Positions 35,382 through 47,482 of a stretch of 64,000 bases of DNA are shown piece by piece. A program made the position numbers and the translations under genes. How positions within the stretch are numbered: the stretch's first letter is position 1; each line of letters starts with the position of its first letter. The stretch comes from Mobula hypostoma (Eukaryota). The notes below the pieces were generated by a model. The model did not search any database and was not told the origin of the DNA. It worked only from the letters and a program-made list of their open reading frames with translations. Location: positions 100,504,001 to 100,568,000 of the forward strand of contig NC_086107.1 in assembly GCF_963921235.1 (NCBI RefSeq), given 5' to 3'.

Positions 35382-36129
35382 CATTCCAAAAATATTAGAA
35401 GAGGTCCAGACAAGCTTTACTGAAATGGTACCAAAGACACGGGACTTCTACAGAGTGACTGCGGAAACTAAGCTTGTCATTGGTGCACAGAAAGTTAAGG
35501 AAATGCTTGTTGGAGGTTTTTAAAGTTAGAACAAAATTTTAATAAAATGTCTCCGGGGACAGGTGGATCAATAACTTATGACATATACTTCAGATACATG
35601 GGAAAAAAATTAGACACAAATGATTTAGTAATCTGATGGGTCTTTTTGTGATTTTTATTTTATTTTATTAAGAACAGGCCTTTCCAGCCCTTCAAGCTGC
35701 AATCCCCCGATTTAACTCTAGTTTAATCACGGGATAATTTACAATGACCAATTAACCTACCAAACGGTATACCTTTGGAATGTGGGAGGAAACCCCATGG
35801 GGAGAACGCACAAACTCCTTAGAGACAGCGGTGATGTGGCATGCAAATCGAAAGTGGGATAACTTCCAAATTGTATTTGATGGAGAAAACTTTGCAGAGC
35901 TGTAGACACAGTAGAGTTTCTTCTTCAATGGACTGAATGGATGCCAAGTCTGATACTAAGCGCCATTTTCATCATTATGGAAAGTACCTCCTTCATATCA
36001 TTTACATCATTATGGGAAGTACCTCCTCAAGTCACTCGGTCTGCTACTGTCTGATGGAGAAAACAAATCAATTGAGACTCCTCGCTGGTATTTTCCTTTG
36101 TTAGCTGCTGACTTATATGAAAGAGGCTC

Positions 36130-37520
36130 GAACTGAATTATTTCTTACATCCTTCACATACATGCGTAAAAGTCTTTATGTTATGTCTCCATCTAAATGT
36201 GCAATCATAGTAATTTATAATAAATAGAACAGTGAATGTACTATAGAGTACACTCAAATCAGCGTGAGTTCATCAGTCTGATGGCCTAGCGGAGGAAGCT
36301 GTCCCAGAGCCTGTTGGTCCTGGCTTTTATACTGTGCTACTGCTTCCCGGATGGTAGCAGCTGGAATAGATTGTGGCTGGGATGACTTGGGTCCCCAGTG
36401 ATCCTTCGGGCCCTTTTTATACACCTGTCACTGTAAATGTCCTGAACATGGGAAGTTCACAACTACAGATGCGCCGGGCTGTCTGCACCACTCTCTGCAG
36501 AGACCTACGATGAAGGAAGGTACAGTTCCCATACCAGGCAGTGATGCAACCGGTCAGGATGCTCTCAATCGTGCCCCTGTAGAAGTTCTTAGGATTAGGG
36601 GGCCCATACCAAACTTCCTCAACCACCTGAGGTGAAAGAGGCACTGTTGTACCTTTTTCACCACACAACTGGTGTGTACAGACCATGTGAGATCATCGGT
36701 GATGTGTATGCCGAGGAACTTGAAGCTGTTTACCCTCTCAACCCCAGATCCATCGATGTCAATAGGGGTTAGCTTGTCTCTATTCCTCCTGTAATCCACA
36801 ACCAGCTCCTTTGTTTTTGCGACATTGAGAGAGAGGTTGTTTTCTTGACACCACTGTGTCAGAGAGATGACTTCTTCCTTGTAGGGCACCTCTCTATAGT
36901 TTGAGATAAGGCCAATCAATGTAGTGTCATTGGCAAATTTAATTAGCAGATTAGAGCTGTGGGTGGCGATACAGCCATGGGTATACAGGGAGTAAAGGAG
37001 GGGACTCAGTACTCAGCCCTGAGGGGCTCCTGTATTGAGAGTCAGAGGGTTGGAGGTGAGGGAGCCCACTCTTACAACCTGCTGGCGATCTGACAGGAAG
37101 TCCAGGATCCAGCTGCACAAGGCAGGGCCAGGGCCAGGGCCGAGGTCTCTGAGCTTCTTGTTGAACCTCGATGGAACTATGGTGTTGAATGCTGAACTGT
37201 CGTCCAAGAACAGCATCCTCACACAAGAATCCTTCTTCTCCAGATGTGTAAGGACGGTATGTAGAGCAGTGGCTAATGTGTCGTCTGTCGATCGGTTATG
37301 TTGGTAGGCGGATTGTAGGAGATACAGTTTGGGTGGTAGCAAGCTGCAGATGTAATCCTTGACCAGCCTCTCAAAGCATTTTCTTATTATTGAGGTGAGT
37401 CCGACAGGACGCCAGTCGTTCAGGTATGTTACCTTGGTCTTTTTTGGTACAGGGACAATGGTGGATAATTTGAAGCAGGAGGGCACTCTACACTGGGAGA
37501 AGGAAAGATTAAAAATATCA
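36130..37520 (-). mobile_element. 5'-truncated Rex1/Babar-type LINE (RT fragments)
   Basis: ORFs 37013-37552 (NDWRPVGLTS, DSSAFNTI, TGAPQG), 36554-36919 (KTKELVVDY, FKFLG) and 36417-36686. Confidence 0.8.
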
Positions 37521-37917
37521 GCTATTAGCCCATCAACAAATCCCCTGACCACTTAGATGAGATATGGTTAAGGAATATTATTAATAACTTCAAGAACAAC
37601 TACAAAACTTGCAAATACAAATGCATATTTAACCTTTTAAGACCTCCACAGGAGAGCTTGTGAACTAAATTTGACACAAATTCCGTAAAAAGGTGCTGAG
37701 GCTTGTAACCCAAATTTAATCAAAGAGATAGATTTTAAAGAGCCTCTTCAATAAAAGAGAAGTGAAAAGACTGACTGATACAATCATAAGTTTCCAGACC
37801 AGAGGTCCATGGCAGCAAAGTGGAATGTTCAAGAGTTCAGAATTGGTTAAAACAGGAAAAAGAGACAAAAATGTTAAATAAATAGTAATATTATCATAAA
37901 CTTACTTTTTTTGACAG

Positions 37918-38130
37918 TCTGGATACATTTTTGGACATCCCTATGATATCTGCAGGAAGCTTTGGGTTATCCTGTGACTACAAGCCCAACTTGACCAGGA
38001 TCCTGCCCACAGCTAGGAAGATCTCCAGGTTTTTCCTAAAGCTCTGGAGTTACCAAGGCACCGGGAAGGAACATAAGTGGAATTCAGCTTACATCTACAA
38101 GAAAGATATAACCTCAGAGTCCTGTTTCTG
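37918..38130 (+). CDS. GUCY2C: GUCY2C exon 4
   Basis: gacag|LDTFLDIPMISAGSFGLSCDYKPNLTRILPTARK...SESCF(W)|gtgggt; PMISAGSFGLSCDYK is diagnostic of GC-C; 213 nt. Confidence 0.95.
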
Positions 38131-38888
38131 GTGGGTTATTTTTTATCTGTTCCACCTCAGCATAAAGTTCTGTGTTGCAAACTATTGTCTTGAAATGGAA
38201 CACACCCAGAGATCTGAGCGGCTACAAACCTGAGACTTCACTGCAGTTCATCACCGTGAATAAGGGCTCCTAGTTTGATGGGCCTTTTGAACTTTAGCTA
38301 AAAGTCTTCCCTTTCCTCATGTTACAATAGGGTTCTGTTCCTGAGAACGCTTTATAACGTGAACAGTTTGCAACCTAGATATGTCACCATCCAGCAATAT
38401 TGTTAAATAAATTTATAGGGTAACCAAGCAATGTGTAGCTAAACCAGGGCATTTAACTCAACCATTAAGATTTCTCTGCTAGGTGCAATGTTGTTGCCAC
38501 AAACCGGGTCCCCACATGGCAGATGATGCCTGCAGCCCTGCAGCAGCAGGCAAATTCGTCCTACCAGTCTCCCAAATAGTCATTTGTATATAAAGGCTGT
38601 CCATAACTTGGGTGTTTGTAACCTGGGGAGAACTTGCAGATAAATATAGTAATTGTAACAATTGTGTATACAGCCCTCATAAAATTATTATTGCAATATT
38701 ATGATATACATCAATATTGCAATAATCAGTGTTGATGCAATAGTAATGGCCATACTTCAGAAAGTAACTTTTTAGCTTTGATGCCTCAAGGTTTAATGAT
38801 GTTGTTGTTGTTGTGTGTGTGTTCATTCTTTCTTTTGTTATGTGTTTTAATATAAATCGTTTATAAAGGATTGTGTCTGTGATTTTAG

Positions 38889-39010
38889 GTACATTAATGC
38901 TTTGGAAGCTGGATCAGCTGAATTCGCCATGGGTTTAGAGGTTAATGAAGTCATTCGGGACCTAAATAAATTTAAGGAGATAGTGCATGACCCAAAAAGG
39001 AAGAGTAACT
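38889..39010 (+). CDS. GUCY2C: GUCY2C exon 5
   Basis: tttag|YINALEAGSAEFAMGLEVNEVIRDLNKFKEIVHDPKRKSN|gtgagt; resembles WYLNALEA...RKSN; 122 nt. Confidence 0.95.
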
Positions 39011-39532
39011 GTGAGTCTCATGCCTTTGCTTCAGTTGGTGTTGCTTATATAAAATATTCCGTATCATAAGACTGAAGAAATGTCATGAGCAGAACTGAAA
39101 TACACATCTCAGTGTGCTTTATTTTTCATCCAGTATCTTGGCCTCCTTTCATTAAGGCCTCTATACCTTCATCAAGTTGAAATAAACTCATTTCATGAAA
39201 AGCAAAAGCCTACCAATCCCATCCATTGATAAGTCTAAACTCAACCCTTTCCACAGTCTCTGTCCATCTACCATATTTGTACTCTGTTTGCATCTTTAAA
39301 TCCAACCAATTAGCTGCTCAGCACATCTTACCTTTTGCCTTTAACAAATCCTTTCATCCCACTTGGGCATACCCTTGACTCAAACCTAACTACCTTCTGG
39401 TTTTGTTCGTCAATCTCACCTGTCTTCTCATGATAAGTCTCAATTCCACCTATCTTCCATCTTCCTATTCCTTCTATCTGCTTTCTGACTGTAATCCTGA
39501 GCCCAATTGCCCTAGCCCTTATCTCTCTAAAC

Positions 39533-39613
39533 CAGGGTTTTTTCAACCTTTTTGATGCCATGGACCAATACAATTAAGCAAGGGGTCTGTTAATGCCAAG
39601 TTGGGAAATGCTG
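39533..39613. mobile_element. hAT MITE, copy 3
   Basis: Same internal sequence as 852-931; perfect 8-bp TSD ctctaaac. Confidence 0.75.
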
Positions 39614-40249
39614 CTCTAAACTTTTCTTATTCAAGTACATATCTAAATGTCTTTCGTACACTGTAATTGTACTCACCTCTATCACGTCCTCTGACAGCTT
39701 GTTCCATACATCTACCACCTTCTGTGTGGAAAAAAGTGCCCCTCAGTTCCACTTCAAATATTTCCACCTGTATTTCTTCATCTACAGTTGTCAGCTTCTC
39801 TATCTGTTCCCTCCTCTCCACCATGTCTGCCTCCTCTTAAATGTATTATTAAACACTGCACATTTTATATTTTCACTGTTGTTTGGGCAAGGATTTTTTT
39901 TCAATTAATTCATTGGTAGATTTTATCTCATATTGATTGCTTCCAATAAACATCTCCCCACAAATGGAAACAATTTTGTGCCCTGTTTACCAACGCCCCT
40001 CAGCTTTCTTCAGGAGAAAGGTGATGCATGCCATTCAACAGTCAATTGTCCAGATGTTTTGTCTTTGACTCACCTCTAAGACATTGTTCCATCAGTATTT
40101 CATTTTGAACATCCAAGTTATAAATGCTAAAGTTCCGATAAAAGTTCTTGGCTCTCGAATGGCCCGTCTGAATGTTTCTGAAAATGTGTGATGCCATCAA
40201 TAAACTCCCTGCCCACTTTTTGCACCATACCCTTAGTTATAGACTTTCT

Positions 40250-40470
40250 AGCCAGAGGAAGCAGGTTCTTTTGGAATCTTCCATGTTTTAGTTGATTTTT
40301 CTGGTTGTGGTTTTCAGGCCATTTTCACGTTGTTTGTGGGAGCATGCTCTCAGCATGTTTTCTGCAGTATTTCTGCTTTACAATGACGATTACATTTCAA
40401 GAGTACTTTTCTGCTGTGAAGTGTTTTGGGATATTCAAAAGGCAGTATATCAGTGCGATTTTCTCTTTGC
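40250..40470 (+). mobile_element. Ancient Deu-domain SINE (SacSINE1/AmnSINE1-like) 3' relic
   Basis: 'gttgtttgtgggagcatgct...tacatttcaagagtact...ctgtgaagtgttttgggat...aaggcagtatat' resembles the DeuSINE 3' half as recalled. Confidence 0.5.
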
Positions 40471-40554
40471 ATTTTGATGGTTTCACTTCTGCCTATAGAG
40501 GAGACGAATTTTCCAGTGACTTGCTCACACTATGTAATCATAAGGACACAAGAA

Positions 40555-41390
40555 ATCATAATCAGGTTAAAATACTTGCATACTGTATGTTGTGAAATTT
40601 GTTGTTATGCAGCAGCAATACATTGCAATGTATAATAAAAAACTGTAATTTACAGTAGGTATTTATATTTTAAAAATTAAATCAAATAAATAATGCAGAA
40701 GAAAGTAGCGAGGTGGTGTTCAATGTCTATTCAGAAATCTGATGGCAGTGGGAAAGAAACTATTCCTGAATTGTTGAGTGTGTGCCTGATGGTAGCAATG
40801 AGAAAATTGAATGTCCTGGGTGATGGGGGTCCTTATTGATGGATGCTGCCTTTTTGAGACATTGCTCCTTGAAGATGTCCTGGATGTTGGAGAGACTAGT
40901 GCTCATATTGGAGCTGACTGAATTCACAACACTTTGCAGCTTATTTTGATCCTGTGCAGTGGATTTCTTCTCCCCTCCCCCCTCCATACCAGGCAGTGAG
41001 GCAGCCAGTTAGAATGCTCTCCATGGTATATCCGTAGAAACTTACCAGTGTCCATGGTGTCATACCAAATCTAAAACTCCTAATGAAATATAGCTGCTCT
41101 TGTGCCTTATTTGTAACTGTATCAATACTTGGGCCCAGGACAGATCCTCAGAGGTGTTGACACCCTGGAACTTAAAACTTCTCACCCTCTCTACTTCTGA
41201 TCCCTTGATGAGGACTGATGTGTGTTCCCTCCTCTTACCCTTTCTGAAGTCCACAATCAACTCTTTTGTCTTACTGACGTTGAGTGCAGGGTTTTTGCTG
41301 TGACACCACTCAACTAGCTGATCTATCTTGCTCCTGTTCGCCTTCTCGTCACCTTCTGAAATTCTGTCAACAATAGTTGTGTCATCAATA
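40555..41390 (-). mobile_element. Rex1/Babar-type LINE fragment
   Basis: DDTTIV..ISEGDE...NVSKTKELIVDF...FKFQG; KKAASINKDPHHPGH. Confidence 0.7.
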
Positions 41391-42394
41391 GTCGTGAAAT
41401 CAAAACGGGAGTACACTATCTGAATCCTTGAACCTGTTAGCTGGTAAAATGTGCTTGGAAAAAAGGAATAGAGAACTTTTGGTAAATTTAGATTAAGGAA
41501 AGGCAAGGAGGAGACTGGAAAGGAGCATAAACACAAAGATGGATCAATTTTTATGCAATGTATCTTATTTTTTATTGATGAAAGGTGATAGCCTAGCAAT
41601 GTTCCAGTCTATGGCTCCGATGCTGATTACAATCAACAATTGGAGTAAAGAAATACTATAATTCATAAACATTTGAGTAATAAGTTCTGACTCTAAAAGA
41701 GCAAAAGCATAATGCTGAGCCTGTGGCTTAGTTGTTGGCTCTCCAGTCAGAGGAAGCAGATTCTCAAAATCTTCTCTGTCAATCCTTCACAGAATTTTGC
41801 ATATCTCAATGAGACTGTTCTAAACTCTGTGGCATATACAGAATGTCACTCAGTTGCAATCACTGCCTGAAAACTCCAAAATGTGTCATTTGTCGCTCCA
41901 GTATTTCTCAGTTGAGTATCCACCATTATATTAGCTGAGATTCTACTTCCACTACTCTTATTGTCACTCTCTTTGGCATATAGGTCCAAAGATCCCTGAA
42001 GGTGACAACACAGATAGATAGGGTGGTGAAGAGGGCAACTGGGTGCTTACTTTCATTATCCGGGACATAGTAGAGGGAGCTCCTGGTACTATATAAAGTA
42101 TCGGAATACAATGTACATTTATGTTTGCCACAAGTGATTGGACTGGAGAGAATGTGGCGGAAATTGGAATTGGTTCATTATTGTCACTTGTAATTATGGA
42201 TGGTAAAAACCTTGTCTTGTGTACTGTTTGGACAAATCAACTCATTGTAGAGTGCTTTGAAGTTGGACAATAACGGAATGCAGAACAAAGTGGAATACAG
42301 ATTCATTTATTTCTCACACGTACATCGAGACATCACTTATGTTAACAGCCAACACAACCTAAGGATGAGCTGGGGCAGCCCGCGAGTGTCGCTT

Positions 42395-42712
42395 CACATT
42401 CCTGCACCAATACAGCATGCCCACACATTCCCGCACCAACACAGAATGCCCACACATTCCCGCACCAACACAGCATGCCCACACATTCCTGCACCAACAC
42501 AGAATGCCCACAATGCATGCCTACACATTCCTGCACCAACACAGAATGCCCACAATGCATGCCCACACATTCCCGCACCAACACAGCATGCCCACACATT
42601 CCTGCACCAACACAGCATGCCCACACATTCCTGCACCAACACAGAATGCCCACAATGCATGCACACACATTCCTGCACCAACACAGAATGCCCACAATTC
42701 CTGCGCCAACGC
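42395..42712. repeat. Minisatellite, ~29-bp unit CACATTCC(T/C)GCACCAACACAG(C/A)ATGCCCA, about 10 copies with longer variants
   Basis: Tandem repetition visible directly; produces the repetitive ORFs in all frames. Confidence 0.9.
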
Positions 42713-45694
42713 AGCTGAACAACAAAAGCAACAGCAACCACAATAACACAACAGCAAAACAAGCTCCTTTCCCACCCTAAGTCACACATACAGACAGGCC
42801 TCCAACCCCAGGACAGGTATCTCCAGGTTTCTGACCACCAGTCCTTGGCTCTGGACTCTCAGACTCACAGACATTGGTCCTCTGACCACCAGTCCCTGGT
42901 GCAGATTCACAGACTTCCAACCTCTGGATATGCCAACCCATGGGACTTTGGCCTCAAACTCTGGTCTTTCTTGCAGTCAAGCAGAGCATTTGCCATACCA
43001 AGCCAGGGTGCACCCAGATAAGATGGCTTTCTATGATGCATTGATTAAAAATTGATTATGGTTGAAGGATCATGCCCAATTTCTTTTGCCTCCTGAGAAA
43101 GTAAAGGTGTTGGTGAGTTTTCGTGTCCCTGGTACCAACATGACTGGACCAGGATAGGCTACATGTGATGTTCACTTCTAGGTTTTTAAAGCTTTCAACC
43201 CTCTCGATCTCAGCACCGTTGATGTAGATAGGGGTTCGTGCACTGCCCCCTTCCTAAAGTCAGTGACCAGGTCTTTTGTTTTGCTGACATTGAGCTAAAA
43301 GTTGTCTTGACACCATGTTACTAAGCTCTCTACCTCTTTCCTGTACTTGGACTCATGCTTATTTGCAACACAGCCCACTGCAACGGCATCATCCACAAAC
43401 TAGTAGATGGGGTTAGGGCGGAATCTGCCCACGCAATCATGCCTGTACGGGGGCAGTAGAGAAGGGGGTAGAGGATGCAATCTTGCAGAGCATCAGTGCA
43501 GAGAATAATTGTGATAGAGGCATTGCTGCCTAAACTTACTGATTACAGTCTGTTGGTCAGGAAGTCAAGGATCTAGTGGTAGAGGGAGAAGCTGACTCCT
43601 TAGTCTCGTGTTTTCTCTGAATTACAGTACAGAAGATGGAGCTGTAATCAATAAACAAAAGTCTAATGTGGGATGCTCCACGTTAATGTGTCCAGATGCT
43701 CTAGAGATGAGTGTACCACAATGGAGATGGCTTCTGCTGTAGACCTGTTTTGGGGATAGACAAACTGCAGTGGGTCAAGGTTGGCTGGGAGGATGGAGCA
43801 TTGTGTTCAGACTCTCCAGGATGTTCATAATGTTGGAATGTTTCTGTTGTGAGCAGAGACGGGACCTGATAGTGGTAAACTAAATCATGAAACACACACA
43901 GGGAGTATGTTGATAGTAAGAGGCATCTCTCCATTGCAGAGGTGTTAAAGGCTATAGGTTTAAGGTGAGGAGTAAGAAGTTTCTCAGAGATTTAAGGAAG
44001 GGTTTCTTTCACTTCCTCCAAGAGGTTCACAACCTTGTTGTAGGGTGTGGAGACTTGTGTGCCTCAATATACTATGTTGGCCAGAGTCAAGGCCTTGTAC
44101 TTTGGCTCTTGGTAGGATCACCCATCCCAGACAGGTCAAAGGATGGAGGCCAGACTAAGAGTGGTCCACTGGTCCTCCAGGTTTGGTGGTTCAGCTCAGG
44201 GCCAACAACCCTGACTGATCAAAAAAATATTGTTGTGGAAACAGCCATGAGGATTTCTTCTATGTGGCCAAGGACAGATGGAGATGGAGGACTTTCATTG
44301 CTGCCCTAAACGCCAGTGGCGTAACAGACAATTAATAAAAAATAATAATTTTTTTCACTTAGGCGATAATTGAAATTTAGGAGAAGCTGTTCAAGAAAGT
44401 GGGAGATCTGAGACTCTCTCAATATTTAAGAAGCATCTGGACAAACACTTGAATTAGCATTGAATTGTAGACTGCAGATCATGTGCTGGTAAATGGAAAT
44501 ACTGGAGGCAGGTTCTTGATGGTCACTAAAGCCATGGTGGATCAAAGGGTCTATTTCTATGCTCTATGACAATATATGATTTTATAATACTCAGCATGCC
44601 TCCTGCTCTACCTAATCTTTGCCAATAATGATTCGAGATGACCTGTACTTCATCTCCAGATGATTGTTCACAAAACTGAAGTAGTCATGTTGACGTCCTG
44701 TCGAAAGACTGGTCAAAGCCCACTAACTTCAATTGTAAAACATCTTACAAAGTTTTTCATGTTTGTAAGTATTTGCCGCATAAGTTCAGCTTTCATTTTA
44801 ATTTTTGTGGGTTTTTTTCAGGCTCTAAGCTTATTGAGTGTGTCTGGATTGTTTGGGTTAGTTCAGCTAGTAGATTTATTTACTCAGTTTATTTAGGTAG
44901 TTATGTTGTTTGGATTGACTTGGGCAATAAAACTTTACAACTTTGATGACTTTTGACTCGGGTGTGTTGCGCCTCACCCAGCACGTTGTGTAATCTTTAA
45001 CCAAATGTTAATGCTCATCTCCGTAATTGTCAGAGTCTGAGGTAATGACACCTTATTGTACTCCTTGCTGTTTCTCATGCATGGACTCGTACTGGGCCAG
45101 CAGTAACTACTCTAACAATGGAGACAGGGTTAGAATAATACATGCCAGCCATCACAAATTGCTATTATTACATATTACCACGAATTACCTATTATTACAG
45201 ATGTGATAACATTTTAAAAAGTATAACATATCTTGGCAGAGTCCGCCTGGCATTATGGAAAGGGAATCATCTTTAACACATTAGCAGTCTTTGAGAATGT
45301 AATTAGCAGGATAGTGAGTATAGTTTATTTAGACTTTATTTAGACCTTTGATTGCTAACCATCTAAAATTTATTGCACAAGATAATAGTTCATGGTGTTG
45401 AGATTGATATATTAGCTGGGACTGAGTATTGGCTAACATGCAGAAAACAAAGAGGTAAACAGATAATTTTTCAATTGGTAATATCTAACTTGTGTTTCAG
45501 GGATCAATAGGTGGTACATTTAATGTCAGAGAAATATATTATAGTTACTTAGAATCTATAGTAATTACTCAGATAAAGGAATTTTAACTTTGTTGCTGAA
45601 ACAAAGGCAGATGGGAAAAAAGTTGCAAGGGGGATACGGTGTATCAGGAAAGAAATGTATAGACAGATATAATGAGGAGAAATGCAAGGGTATC

Positions 45695-46112
45695 CATCAT
45701 CATCACCATTATGGGCCATGTTGTATGACATGAGTGATCACGGTCGTCCATCTGAGAAGTTATAATAAGCTCTTCAAAACTTGTGCCTGTCCAGCCCTTG
45801 ATGTAACTCATGAATCTCACGCGCTGTCAACTGCGACTTTTTCTTCCATCAGTTTTTCCCGTTGTGCAAGTTGTTCGAGCTTCTTTTTCCTCAGGACGTG
45901 TCCCAGAAATTCCAGCTGCCGTTTGCAGATTGATGGTATCAGCTCTCTTCTTATTCCTGCTCTTTGCCATACTTCCTCATTAGTCACTCTGTCCTTCCAT
46001 AACGTTCTCATTATTCTTCTCAAAAACCTCATTTCTACTGCTTCAAGACTTCCCTCATTTTGCTTTGATGTTGTCCTGCATTCACATCCATACTTTAGTG
46101 TGAGCTCTCCCT
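45695..46112 (-). mobile_element. RTE-clade LINE 3' fragment
   Basis: EAVEMRFLRRIMRTLWKDRVTNEEVWQR...RQLEFLGHVLRK; (GAT)n tail. Confidence 0.8.
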
Positions 46113-47482
46113 AAATCAGAGTATTAAATTTTGTGAAGCTGTTACATGTTGGTGTTCACAGAGATCTACTGTGCACAGAAACAGAAATTTTGCAAGAATA
46201 TATGGATAAAAATTCATAGAATGAGGGAATTGTCTATATAAAATAGATTGAGCAAGGTGGGTCTACTCTCAAATTCAGAGGTTTTAGAGGGTTCTTTGCA
46301 GGTAAGATTGCATGAATCACAGAAAAATTACATCATAAAACCGTAAGATATAGGAGCAGAATTAGGTCATTTGGCCCATTGAGTCTGCTCTGCCATTTTA
46401 TCGTGGCTAATCCAAAATTTTCCTCTCAGCCACAATCTCCTGCCTTCTCCCTGTGTCCCTTCATGTCTTGAACAATCAAGAATCTATCAACCTCTGCCTT
46501 AAATATACATAAAGACTTGGTCTCCACTGCTGCCTGTGGCAAAGATTTCCACAGATTCGCCACTCTCTGGCTGTAAAAATTCTTCCTCATCTCCTATCTA
46601 AGGCTCAGTTCTGAGGCAATATCCTCTGGTCTAAGACTCTCCCACCATAAGCAACATCCTTTCCGCACCCACTCTAGCAAGGCCTGTCACCGTTCGATAG
46701 GTTTTAATTTAGCTCACTGAATAAGTTCTGCAAAAGTGTGGTCTACTGCCTGGAACCCAGCAAAATCTTTCCTCCCAAGATCTTATTAGCACCCTTCTGA
46801 ACACTACAGTTGAATCTGCCTCTCCTGCAATGGCATTGTAGTTAACACTCAAATCACCGACTGTGTTTAATTAAAACCTTTCGGCTTACGTTGTCTTTCA
46901 TTTTTTTTTGTCAAATACTTTTATTCCTTTAGTTCTTGACCCTTCCACCAATGGAACAGTCTTGTCCGTCTTTATTGAAACATTCTGTGATCTTAAGTAT
47001 CTTGGGTGCTCAACTGACCTCCTCTGTTCCAAGTAGAATAACCTCTGCTTATCTGGTCTGTCCAGATGACAAATAACTTTATCATGGAATTATTTCAGTC
47101 CAACGCCTCTGCACCCTTTTTTAAGGTCCTCACATATTTCCTAAACTTTGGTTCCCAGAAATGGCCACCATCCCCCAGATGTAATTGAACCAATGTGCTT
47201 ACTGCTGTCTAGTGTGTGGCCTGCACTGAGTAGTAGGTGCATTCACCCAGCCCAAATCGTTAGGGAACGTGTTAAGTGGATGTCGTGCATAGATGATGTT
47301 ACCCCGGTAGGAAGCATCACGTCTTGGTATGGCAAAAGCTCTGCCTGTGACGGCAAGAATTGGCAGAGATTTGTGGATACACCTCAGCAGATCACAAAAA
47401 CCAGCCTTCCCTCCACAGACCCTGTCTACACTTCTCCCTGCCTCAGCAAGCAGCCAACATAATCAAAGACCAACCCCACACC

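Noticed and set aside
38260..38645. Possible Tigger-like MITE in intron 4
   Set aside because: Only one plausible terminus is recognisable; no matching TIR pair or TA TSD established.
42257..42789. Cys/His-rich repetitive ORFs; superficially CRISPR-like array
   Set aside because: A head-to-tail minisatellite with no unique spacers and no cas genes, in a eukaryotic intron; ORFs are open in all frames because the unit lacks stops.
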